DNA of 64,000 nt, from contig OY769902.1 in NCBI GenBank assembly GCA_963669175.1, positions 1,632,001-1,696,000 of the forward strand, given 5' to 3'. Of the stretch, positions 29,629 to 38,315 are shown piece after piece. How positions within the stretch are numbered: position 1 is the stretch's first letter; every line of letters begins with the position of its first letter. This DNA is from a bacterium. GTDB lineage: Bacteria > Electryoneota > Electryoneia > Electryoneales > Electryoneaceae. Position numbers and translations under genes: made by a program. The notes under the pieces are model-generated. The model was not told where the DNA came from. It searched no databases and saw only the letters and a program-made list of their open reading frames with translations.

Positions 29629-30975
29629 TCAGGAAAGCTTTACAGCAGCGCCGGTCTGGATGTTGTCGCCATCAATGGAAAGCTCCAGCCTTGCCGAACG
29701 CTCCAGTTTTTGAGCCTGTTTCTGCAACGGTGGAAGGATGGATTTCCAGTGGGGTATATCCTCGCTGAACACATGTGCCAGCGGCAACAGTGGCAATACC
29801 AGGTGCGAGACATCCATCAGGTTCTTCTTCGTAATCTGTTGCAGATCACGCTTTACAGTGCGCCATGAGGTCGAGATTTCGTAGGCTGCGTGGAACCGGT
29901 CGAGCCAACCGGCCTGGGCGCGCTGGAACGGTCCGGTTACGAGGACAACTGCACCCCCTCGCGCTCGATAGCTTCGCTTGCCACTCTCGCTGGCGAGTGA
30001 GGGCAGCGTGACCTCAAAACGGTTGGTAGTATCCACTGCCTGAATCGCTTCAGACAACTGCCGCCAGGGATAAAAACTGTCGAGGTTGCCAGACGGATCT
30101 TCTGCAAGGTCTCCTACCGGACACAGCCGGTGCATATCCAGGGGCAGGTGAACCGCGGGGATATACATTTCGGAAAGTGTGTTCAGCAGATGAAACAGCA
30201 ACGGAGCTGTCACAACGGTATGCGGCGCCGTAAGGCTGACGAAGATGGGGCGTTCATTCAAACGAATACCATTCAATACACCTGCGATTTTCTCTCCCAA
30301 CTCACGCAGCGGATCGAACAAGTCCAGCAAATCACGTATATCGCCAACCCAGGTTGAGGTGCCTTCCAGCTCTTTCCGGTTGCCGTACCCGTACAGCGCT
30401 CCTACCGAGGGAATGCCACACTTTTTGGCGGCATCCACATCGTAATAACGGTCACCGACCATCACCGCCGGACTGCCGAGTGTGGTGATAACTTCCTTCA
30501 GCATGTCCGCTTTGGTGGCGCCTTCCCTGTCCCCGATGCAGGCGGCCATGTCCAGACGATCACGGAGATTCTGGGTATTGATGACATCATCGAGATATTC
30601 ACGATTGCAATTGGATACCAGGCCCAGTTTGTAGCCACGGCGGCGCAGTTCGTCGAGTACGGTAGTCGTGCCCGGGAACATAATGCGATGATTCTGCAGG
30701 TAGCTGCGTTCATGCACTGCAGCAAGTTTATGAAATTCAGGCCATTCGTCCTTGAGATGATCCGGCAACATGGAACGATAAAAATCGTTTACCGGAGCGC
30801 CCAGCCAGGATTTCAGGTCGTCTTCAGTGAAGGACGGAGGATCAAGGTTTCGCTTGCCGAAAAAATCCGCCAATGCTCCACGCAGTGATTCCACGGCCAT
30901 CTTTCCACTACGAACCAGGGTGCCATCCATGTCAAACACGATGGTTCTGACACCGAACAAATCCGGATGTATCAT
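29629..30975 (-). CDS. HAD hydrolase (Gph-like) fused to a degenerate P-loop-kinase-like domain
   Basis: FDMDGTL, LVSN, MVGDR..D; about 220-aa C-terminal extension. Confidence 0.8.
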   Translation of the reverse strand: MIHPDLFGVRTIVFDMDGTLVRSGKMAVESLRGALADFFGKRNLDPPSFTEDDLKSWLGAPVNDFYRSMLPDHLKDEWPEFHKLAAVHERSYLQNHRIMFPGTTTVLDELRRRGYKLGLVSNCNREYLDDVINTQNLRDRLDMAACIGDREGATKADMLKEVITTLGSPAVMVGDRYYDVDAAKKCGIPSVGALYGYGNRKELEGTSTWVGDIRDLLDLFDPLRELGEKIAGVLNGIRLNERPIFVSLTAPHTVVTAPLLFHLLNTLSEMYIPAVHLPLDMHRLCPVGDLAEDPSGNLDSFYPWRQLSEAIQAVDTTNRFEVTLPSLASESGKRSYRARGGAVVLVTGPFQRAQAGWLDRFHAAYEISTSWRTVKRDLQQITKKNLMDVSHLVLPLLPLAHVFSEDIPHWKSILPPLQKQAQKLERSARLELSIDGDNIQTGAAVKLS

Positions 30976-31169
30976 CTCTTCGCCTCGTTTTTTGCCTACG
31001 GCACAATACAGTGACAATGTAAGGATTCCATGAAGGGAGAGAAGGCCTTTCCACATGTCGGCAATGCAACTCGAAGAGTGGATAGGCAAGCGAAAAATGG
31101 GGCTGTTACCTTCTCGTGTCTCAAAACTTATAATCGTTCCCGAAGGTTTTTGCTGATTCGATAGTTATC

Positions 31170-31778
31170 AGCCTGCTTCAGCAGGCTCTTTTCAGCACCC
31201 GGCTTCAGCCGGGGTGTTCGTGGTGTAAAAGAAGTGGTGAGCGCCCTTCAGGGTGCTTTCCGGAATCAGGATTTATACCCGGCAAGTACGCTAAAGCGCG
31301 CTCAAGATGATTATTGGCATCTTTTCACCCCGGCTGAAGCCCTGTCTCTTACCCACATCCTCTGAAAGCTTTATCAGCAAAAGGATTGTGGACATCGCAT
31401 TTTTAGAATCCCGGCGGGATTCCCTATTTTAGCATAGTGTACAGACCGTCTGTTTGGCCTGTACACTATGTCAGGATTTCTAACGAACAATCAACCCTGG
31501 AAGGGTTGCATAATGAGCAGTCAATATTAGTTTATTCAATTATTGCAGGTAATAACTTAATTTATATCCTTTATAAATCAATTGGGTATCAATTATACTT
31601 TATGCAACCCTTTCAGGGTTGATATGAGGTTTGATCTTTTTCGTAGGGTAGGCGCTAAACAGACAGCGCCTACCCTACGCTAAAATATCCCACCCCCACG
31701 GGGTGGCAGAAACACGAAGATGTGAGTAAGAGACAGGGCTGAAGCCGGGTGCTAAGAAGAGCAGGCTAAAGCCTGCTA
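31170..31778. repeat. Family B doublet interrupted by MITE A
   Basis: Removing 31342-31746 restores CACCCCGGCTGAAGCCGGGTGCTAA, as seen intact in the 46722-46926 copy. Confidence 0.85.
31342..31736. mobile_element. MITE family A, copy 3 (diverged spacer)
   Basis: Ends CTGTCTCTTACCCACATCC and AGATGTGAGTAAGAGACAG; 10-bp duplication GGCTGAAGCC. Confidence 0.9.
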
Positions 31779-32136
31779 AAACAACAAAATATGTTTTCAA
31801 AAGAGGGCAATCAGAGAGAATCAAATACTATACAAGACAGTTGTTTTGTGCCTGAAAGTAACTACCGCTAACCTGGAACGGAATAGACTTTCGTGAACGA
31901 CTATAAGGACACTCAAATTATTGTTGATAAATAGGTAACTGTACCAGATTTTTCGCCTGCTTTACATTCGAGATTGGCCGAAAATCTGGGATAGCTACCA
32001 TTTCTGCTATTTGGTGACATTATGAAGGTCTGTATTCATCTGTCTATGCTGCCATAAACATTGTATTCACGTAATGTCGCTTGCAGAAAAGAGTAGCAGT
32101 CCCGATTTTCTCGCGCAATTTTCTTACCCCAAAAAA

Positions 32137-32158
32137 ACGGGCGCTCGAAAGCGCCCGT
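32137..32158 (-). terminator. Intrinsic terminator
   Basis: ACGGGCGCT-CGAA-AGCGCCCGT preceded by an A-run. Confidence 0.7.
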
Positions 32159-32183
32159 GTGAATGCAGGAGTAAAGTTGAAGA

Positions 32184-33308
32184 TCAATACTTCAGTTCCA
32201 ACACTGCCAGACCTTCTTCTACCGATGTGATCAGCACGATGTTGTTATCAACAATACTGACACTGGTCGGTTCACGGATAACATACATATCCATGAATTC
32301 CGGGTTAACCGGGTCAGAGATATCGAAGAACAACACGCCATCATACTGATCCAGCAGCGCCAGGTACTTGCCGCTGATTGCGATGTCAATGGCGTGGTCC
32401 AAACCATCCGTGTCAAAATTCTTCACATACTGCAGATCTATCGGGTTGGAGGCATCAATAATCGCCAAACCTGCCGCGCCATCCGCCACATACAGGTAAT
32501 CACCCGCCTTGGTCAAATGAGTGGCTTCACCGGGAGTATCGGCGATCGACAACCATTCCACATCATTCCTGAACATGTAGGAGATGTTGACAGCGCCTAC
32601 ACCAAGGTCAGCCAAACCTACAGCCAGAGTATCATAACCATTCAGAACAGCAAGTCCCTCAGGGTTACGCGTGTAGTAGCCTGCCTGGGAGATCACACGG
32701 GCTGAATTCCAGAAGCTTGAGAACGAGTCGCCTGCAGCAACGCAATCACGCCAGATATAGTCCATCGAAAGGTTGTCACCCTTATCGGTCAACAGAATGG
32801 CGAAAACCTGAACGGAGTGATTATGGTAATCCAATTGAAGAACAACAGAGTCCATACGAGTTATGACCATCATGTCCAGTACGCCGGACGATCCGAAAGT
32901 ATACCCGGCATAATTCAGGCTGTCTTTCCAGAAGACCTGGGTATTCAAGCTGGTATTAACCGCAATGAAGGGACTTTCTGAGGTTAATCCGACGCGGCGT
33001 ACGCTCGGCTCTTCCTGGTTGATCGTAATCGTATTGATCAAAGACGGGTTGGATGGATTAGAAAAATCGTAAACCAACACATCAGTGAAGTTCTGACTCA
33101 GATACAATTCATCCCCCTGGACAAACGCATCTTCAGCAAATGCCTGTGTCTGGATAACAGTCAGTTTCTCGTAGTGGTTACCGGAATCAACAGGAATAAC
33201 AGGGTCGTTAGGTTCTCCGCATCCTGTAAGCAGGACTGCAAGCAGCAGCGGAATCAAGATCAAGGGAGCAGTTCGAAGTAAGCCGTGCCGTTCCATGGTA
33301 GCCTCCAT
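32184..33308 (-). CDS. LVIVD-repeat beta-propeller lipoprotein
   Basis: Lipobox LLTGC; YLYVADG..GLAIIDASNP and GVLFFDISDP repeats. Confidence 0.8.
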   Translation of the reverse strand: MEATMERHGLLRTAPLILIPLLLAVLLTGCGEPNDPVIPVDSGNHYEKLTVIQTQAFAEDAFVQGDELYLSQNFTDVLVYDFSNPSNPSLINTITINQEEPSVRRVGLTSESPFIAVNTSLNTQVFWKDSLNYAGYTFGSSGVLDMMVITRMDSVVLQLDYHNHSVQVFAILLTDKGDNLSMDYIWRDCVAAGDSFSSFWNSARVISQAGYYTRNPEGLAVLNGYDTLAVGLADLGVGAVNISYMFRNDVEWLSIADTPGEATHLTKAGDYLYVADGAAGLAIIDASNPIDLQYVKNFDTDGLDHAIDIAISGKYLALLDQYDGVLFFDISDPVNPEFMDMYVIREPTSVSIVDNNIVLITSVEEGLAVLELKY

Positions 33309-33324
33309 CAGCTTTTTAGGTATG

Positions 33325-34731
33325 TCAGAAGGTAGTCAGCTTCTGCTTCTGAAGCAAGAACAGGCGCCGAATTGCGCCAACAAGATACAAGCTGCCTGTA
33401 ACAACAAGTATAGCGTCCGAATCGGCATGTTCCAGCGCCAACTCATAGACCTTATCCAGGGCAACAGCCTGCGATTTCCAACCGTGTTGGCGAACGATTG
33501 AAGCGGTGTCTTCCGGCGATAATGCACGTGGCGTGCGCGCCGCTGTTGTGTATGCCATTTCCGGTGTTCTGTCCAGGGCTTTCAGGAAATCCTGTACACG
33601 TTTATCACGATTAAAACCCAGAATGTAATGTACCGGTCTGTCCGGCCAGCAGGCGTTCAACAGTTCACGAAGCACCCCAGCGCCCTGGGGAGTGTGCGCC
33701 CCGTCCAGCAAGACAATCGGATCACGCCGGATAATTTCACCCCGCCCCGGCCACTGGACCAGTTGCAATCCCGCCTGTACCTGTTCGCTTGACAGGGCAT
33801 ATGCCCTATCTGCCGAGAGACGTTCCGCCGCCAACACCGCTGTAGCCGCGTTCTCGGCCTGATGGGCTCCGAGCAGCGGAGTTCGCAAGTCCGTGTAGTT
33901 TCTGTTCGGTGTTGTCAGGTCAAAACGGGTGCCGTTGACATTTACTTCCCGCACCGTCAGTTTCGCCTCATGACCGATACGCCACAATTCGCTCCCGGTC
34001 TGCATCGCTCTTTCCATGATGGGCGTGAGAGCCTCTTCCAGTTGCGGTGCGATCACGGCCGGCTTGCCGGGTTTGATGATATGAGCTTTGTCCGCGGCGA
34101 TTTCACCAACCGTATTACCCAGCACATTCATATGGTCCAGGCCGACCCGTGTAATGACGGATAACACGGGATCAACCACGTTCGTCGCATCGAGGCGTCC
34201 GCCCATACCGACCTCTACCAGGGCGGCATCTACTATCTCAACCTGGAAGGTTTTGAACGCCAGCGCTGTGAGCAGTTCGAAAACGGTACGGAAGCAGGCG
34301 ACCGCCGGACGTTTGTCGATCATGGGCTGAATCATGTGATACAATTCGGCAAAGCGTTCACGTTCCAGGCTTTGTCCGTCAACACGAATCCGTTCACGCA
34401 CCTCAACCAGGTGTGGTGATACGGTTGCGCCGGTATGATACCCGGCATGTTTCAGGATGGCTTCCAGGTGTGCGAGGGTTGCGCCTTTGCCACGTGTTCC
34501 CGTGAAATGAATGACCGGACGGCTCAGGTGCGGACTGCCCATGGTGTCCAGAAACTCGGCATATACACCGAGGTCACGATCTACAGTCGCCTGTGCGTCC
34601 GGCGCCATGCGTTCAAGGTCAAGGCGCTGGTAAAGATGTTCCAGCGCCACACGGTAAGGGCTGCACGATTCTGCACCGGCATCAAAATCGGTGACGTCGA
34701 TACCGTGGGTGTAAGGAGATGTTTCCGCCAT
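33325..34731 (-). CDS. folC: Dihydrofolate/folylpolyglutamate synthase
   Basis: HFTGTRGKGAT, SPHL..RERI, EVGMGGRLDATN, GLDH, WPGR, LDGAH, TGSLYLVG; ATG 34731 lies just downstream of a terminator-like hairpin. Confidence 0.9.
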   Translation of the reverse strand: MAETSPYTHGIDVTDFDAGAESCSPYRVALEHLYQRLDLERMAPDAQATVDRDLGVYAEFLDTMGSPHLSRPVIHFTGTRGKGATLAHLEAILKHAGYHTGATVSPHLVEVRERIRVDGQSLERERFAELYHMIQPMIDKRPAVACFRTVFELLTALAFKTFQVEIVDAALVEVGMGGRLDATNVVDPVLSVITRVGLDHMNVLGNTVGEIAADKAHIIKPGKPAVIAPQLEEALTPIMERAMQTGSELWRIGHEAKLTVREVNVNGTRFDLTTPNRNYTDLRTPLLGAHQAENAATAVLAAERLSADRAYALSSEQVQAGLQLVQWPGRGEIIRRDPIVLLDGAHTPQGAGVLRELLNACWPDRPVHYILGFNRDKRVQDFLKALDRTPEMAYTTAARTPRALSPEDTASIVRQHGWKSQAVALDKVYELALEHADSDAILVVTGSLYLVGAIRRLFLLQKQKLTTF

Positions 34732-34809
34732 CGTTTGCAATCCTGAAAGTAAAAAAAAATCCGCCATCGGCGGATTGAATGTCGTGCTTTGCGTATGTGC
34801 TCGCAAGAC

Positions 34810-35916
34810 CTACATGTACGCTTCCTCGTCCAGTACCGGGCTGACAATATAAATCATCGGTTCCTGGGAGAGATCAATCGTTTTCCCGTCCGGAATTGGT
34901 TCGCCATGCATATCGCGGATAGTCTTAATGACAGGGCGTACCGGGTAAGCCTTGTTGGTCTTGATGACACGGGCCATATTACCATCGTTCAGCTTGACCA
35001 GGCTGTCCACCGGGAAAATGCTGATCACATCGATGAGCGCCTTGATCAGGCGTGCGGAGAAATCCTTGTTGCGACGTTCGATAATGGACTGGATCGCTTT
35101 ATAAGCGATGAAATTATCTTTGTAGTGTCGGTGATGTGTCAGAGCAACAAAGGTATCTGCAATGCCAATGATCTGAGCGTAAATGTGGATATCGTCTTCT
35201 TTCAGGCCCAGCGGGTATCCGTTTCCGTTCCAGCGCTCATGCTCCTGGGAGACGGCTGTCGGAAGATAAGGATGTTCATCTGCGATGACTTCCAGGATTG
35301 CTTTCCCATGGAGAGGATGCTGTTTGATCATCTGGAATTCCATCGGGGTCAGTTCGCCCTTTTTGGTCAGGACTTCCTGCGGAACCCGCAACATGCCGAC
35401 TTCATGCACCAGGGCTGCTACGCCGACTTCAACGACTTTATCGAAAGGCAGGCGCATACCAAATGCGACTTTGATAGAAACAATAGCCACATTTACGGAG
35501 TGTTCGGGCATTTCCTTCTGGCTGCGCCGCGAGGAGAGCCCTTTCATAAACAGGTAATCCCCCTCCTGAAGATTGAGGGCCATTTCTGTGGCGCGTTTCT
35601 CAATCTCATCAAGGTGAAACGGTTCCCCGGCAGCGATTGTGTTCAGGAAATTGTCAACTGCTGTTACTGTAGCGTTAAATGTATCAGCACGTTTAGCCTG
35701 TTCTTCTGCTTTGCGTTTTTCTTCTTCTTCTACCCGGTTTATCTGTGGTGCAGAGCTTACCTGATCACCACCGGGAACTGGCGCTCCCTTTGGTGCGGGG
35801 AATGCGTAACCACCACCACCAAACTGTTCTTTCTTCTCAGGTTCAGAAGGGGTCGATGTCCGTTCAGAACGGACAACGTCACGCGCGGAACGCAATACGT
35901 CGCGCATCCTTACCAT
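34810..35916 (-). CDS. HD-GYP domain protein with degenerate metal ligands
   Basis: HSVNVA, LVHEVG, QEHERWNGNGYPLGL, IADTFVAL. Confidence 0.85.
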   Translation of the reverse strand: MVRMRDVLRSARDVVRSERTSTPSEPEKKEQFGGGGYAFPAPKGAPVPGGDQVSSAPQINRVEEEEKRKAEEQAKRADTFNATVTAVDNFLNTIAAGEPFHLDEIEKRATEMALNLQEGDYLFMKGLSSRRSQKEMPEHSVNVAIVSIKVAFGMRLPFDKVVEVGVAALVHEVGMLRVPQEVLTKKGELTPMEFQMIKQHPLHGKAILEVIADEHPYLPTAVSQEHERWNGNGYPLGLKEDDIHIYAQIIGIADTFVALTHHRHYKDNFIAYKAIQSIIERRNKDFSARLIKALIDVISIFPVDSLVKLNDGNMARVIKTNKAYPVRPVIKTIRDMHGEPIPDGKTIDLSQEPMIYIVSPVLDEEAYM

Positions 35917-36731
35917 TGGTAGTTCCCCCCAGCGGTTTCACTATCGATCACAGAACGTACCAAGTCCTGATCGATTTTCGCTACTCTATTTCCAGCGCCA
36001 ATTGCAAGACAGAGATCACACAAGTTATTGATTCGACGGGGAGTGCCGCCTGTATGGGAAAAAATCTCTGCAACAGCATCTTCCGTAAATACTTCTTCGT
36101 TTAAATTCCCGGCCACTGCCAGCCGATACTCGATATATTTGAACGTCTCGTCAATATCCAGGGGGATAAGATGATATTTCACATCCAGCCTCTGAACCAA
36201 TTGTGGTAACTGGCGCAGTTTGTCGCGGAGTTCAGGCTGTCCCGACAGGATAAGCGTAAGCATGAAACGGTCATTCATCTGGAAATTAAGCAGGAGTCGC
36301 AATTCTTCCAGGGTCATCAAATCATCAATAACCTGCGCTTCATCTACAATCAACAGGGCGTGTTTGTTCCGCTGTAAATCATCAAACAGGTGTTCATTGA
36401 TTTTTCGTAATACTTCGTTCTTCTTCTCAGGAATATCGTTGGTTCCGAGCTGATACAGGATTTCCTGGAGTAATTCGATAGCGGACCAACGCGGATTTGT
36501 CAAAAGGACAACGTCAAATTTATGAGGATCAATTTCGTTAATCACAGTGCGAATCAGAGTCGTTTTTCCACACCCGTATTCACCTGTCAATAGAGCTGCC
36601 CCCTTGAATTCATGCATCGCATACAGAATTCGCATAAGAGCTTCACGATGTTGCTGGGACTGAAAGAAAAAACGCGGATCTGGTGTATTTTCAAAAGGTT
36701 TTTCTTTCAAACCCCAATAATCGAGATACAC
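35910..36731 (-). CDS. ExeA/GspA/MshM-type AAA ATPase (short form)
   Basis: GLKEKPFENTPDPRFF, GEYGCGKT, IVDEAQ, SGQPEL, GGTPRRIN. Confidence 0.9.
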   Translation of the reverse strand: MYLDYWGLKEKPFENTPDPRFFFQSQQHREALMRILYAMHEFKGAALLTGEYGCGKTTLIRTVINEIDPHKFDVVLLTNPRWSAIELLQEILYQLGTNDIPEKKNEVLRKINEHLFDDLQRNKHALLIVDEAQVIDDLMTLEELRLLLNFQMNDRFMLTLILSGQPELRDKLRQLPQLVQRLDVKYHLIPLDIDETFKYIEYRLAVAGNLNEEVFTEDAVAEIFSHTGGTPRRINNLCDLCLAIGAGNRVAKIDQDLVRSVIDSETAGGNYQW

Positions 36732-36983
36732 AACCAACTCCAACTTCTACAGGTTAACGGCGTGTTTCGCCGGTCTGAGTCTCCACAAGCCTCATAAAGA
36801 ATAGGGCAAACCTAGAAGAAATAAAAGGTACGGGTTTAACAACCTGCTTGCAACAGGTAATCATGCACTCATACCGGCTAGAGTCGCTGTTTCTAGGTTA
36901 ATTGGCTTTTTTAGCATTTGAAAGAAAAGCAGTAAAAGTGACGATTTCAATCAATAATATGCTGAAAACTCTGGATTACGAGC

Positions 36984-37274
36984 CTACTCCTGAACCTGAA
37001 CAAGGTAGTCAAGGCCGCTGATACTAAGCACTTCCCGGATATAGGGCATGGGGTTGTGAATAACCAGACGTCCCCGGGATTTTCGAAGCCGCTGATACGT
37101 TGCCAAGATTACGGATAGACCTGCGCTGTTGATATAGTCGACTTCAGACATATCCAGCTCGATGACTCCCGAGTAATCATCCAGGGTTTCTCGAAACGCA
37201 TCGATTGCTTCGTTGTCGAGTCTGCCAGATAAAACGATACGATTCTGTTCGTATTTCTCAATCCGGAACGCCAT
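36984..37274 (-). CDS. STAS-domain anti-sigma factor antagonist
   Basis: LSGRLD, LDMSEVDYINSAGL. Confidence 0.85.
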   Translation of the reverse strand: MAFRIEKYEQNRIVLSGRLDNEAIDAFRETLDDYSGVIELDMSEVDYINSAGLSVILATYQRLRKSRGRLVIHNPMPYIREVLSISGLDYLVQVQE

Positions 37275-37513
37275 GGCTACCTTTGCTTTGTTGCGCTGGC
37301 ATCTTCTCAAGAAAAATAAAAAGTATCTACTTCCAGAGTATGTGACGAATGCACATCCAAAATCAATTCCCCGATAGGGAGTTTTTCGAAATAATACCCA
37401 AGCCGGATTCACTCATATTTCAATATCGACACATTGCTTGCAGAGCTTAAAAATATTAAGCTATACAGTTCCAGTACATTGAGCAAGGATCAAACAACCG
37501 GGAAAGTAGTCGA

Positions 37514-38284
37514 TTGGTTACAATTTTAAAGACTGAAGCCCTGGTGCTTCGTCGCTTCCCCCATGGCGACTCAAGCCTTGTAACTCATATGTTTACAAGG
37601 GAGCAGGGGCGTGTACACTTCCTCGCGAAAGGGGCGCGCTCCGGTGGGAAACGTGCGCCTACACCCCTGATACCAGTCGCGTTGCTCGAGGTTATCTGGA
37701 AACCCTCAACCAAAAGTGAATTACAACTACTTCGAGAAGTATCTCTGCTTGATGGCTTTGGGGCCATTCACCAGGATCTTGACCGTCTCGCCTGGGCTCA
37801 AGCGGCTCTGGAGACACTGGCGCGCACGTTGAACGGTCAGGAGCCTCATGAAGCCTTGTTCACTATGACCGTGGGTTACCTCAAAGCGCTGGCCGCCCCG
37901 GATGCGAACATGGAAAAGCTGTTTTACCGATTCCAGCTTCGTGTTCTGAAGGAGTTGGGCTATGCCATGGACCTGTCCCTGCCGGAGGGACGAGCTTCTC
38001 ACCTGATGTTCCTCGCAGGACATGGCAAGGTTGTTGGAGTGCATCCGCAGGATGTCAGCACGATCAAACGACGCGGCCAGGTGCTCATACGTCCCGGACA
38101 CTGGATGATGCTGCAGGCCCTTGGTGGAGACCAGGGGGACGCCTTCAAACGGTTAAAACTGACCCAGGATGCGAAACGGGAAATCGAGACGGTCATGCAG
38201 GCAGCGTATCAACATGCGTTCGATCATTGGAAACCACTGGAGAGCCTGAAACTGATCAAGGGTAGATCAAACGGAAACGTGTGA
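37514..38284 (+). CDS. recO: DNA repair protein RecO
   Basis: KTEALVLRR..GDSS....FTREQGRV..AKGAR OB-fold; RVLKELGY; lacks the Zn-finger cysteines. Confidence 0.85.
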   Translation: MVTILKTEALVLRRFPHGDSSLVTHMFTREQGRVHFLAKGARSGGKRAPTPLIPVALLEVIWKPSTKSELQLLREVSLLDGFGAIHQDLDRLAWAQAALETLARTLNGQEPHEALFTMTVGYLKALAAPDANMEKLFYRFQLRVLKELGYAMDLSLPEGRASHLMFLAGHGKVVGVHPQDVSTIKRRGQVLIRPGHWMMLQALGGDQGDAFKRLKLTQDAKREIETVMQAAYQHAFDHWKPLESLKLIKGRSNGNV

Positions 38285-38315
38285 GCCAGTTACCGGGGGT
38301 TGGGAGGACAATCGG

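Larger units (their letters stand above)
31129..31905. mobile_element. MITE family H (TATAGTCGTTCCCGAAAG-type TIR), copy 1, containing a family B doublet and MITE A copy 3
   Basis: Ends TATAATCGTTCCCGAAGG and CTTTCGTGAACGACTATA; internal homology to 54818-55172. Confidence 0.78.
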
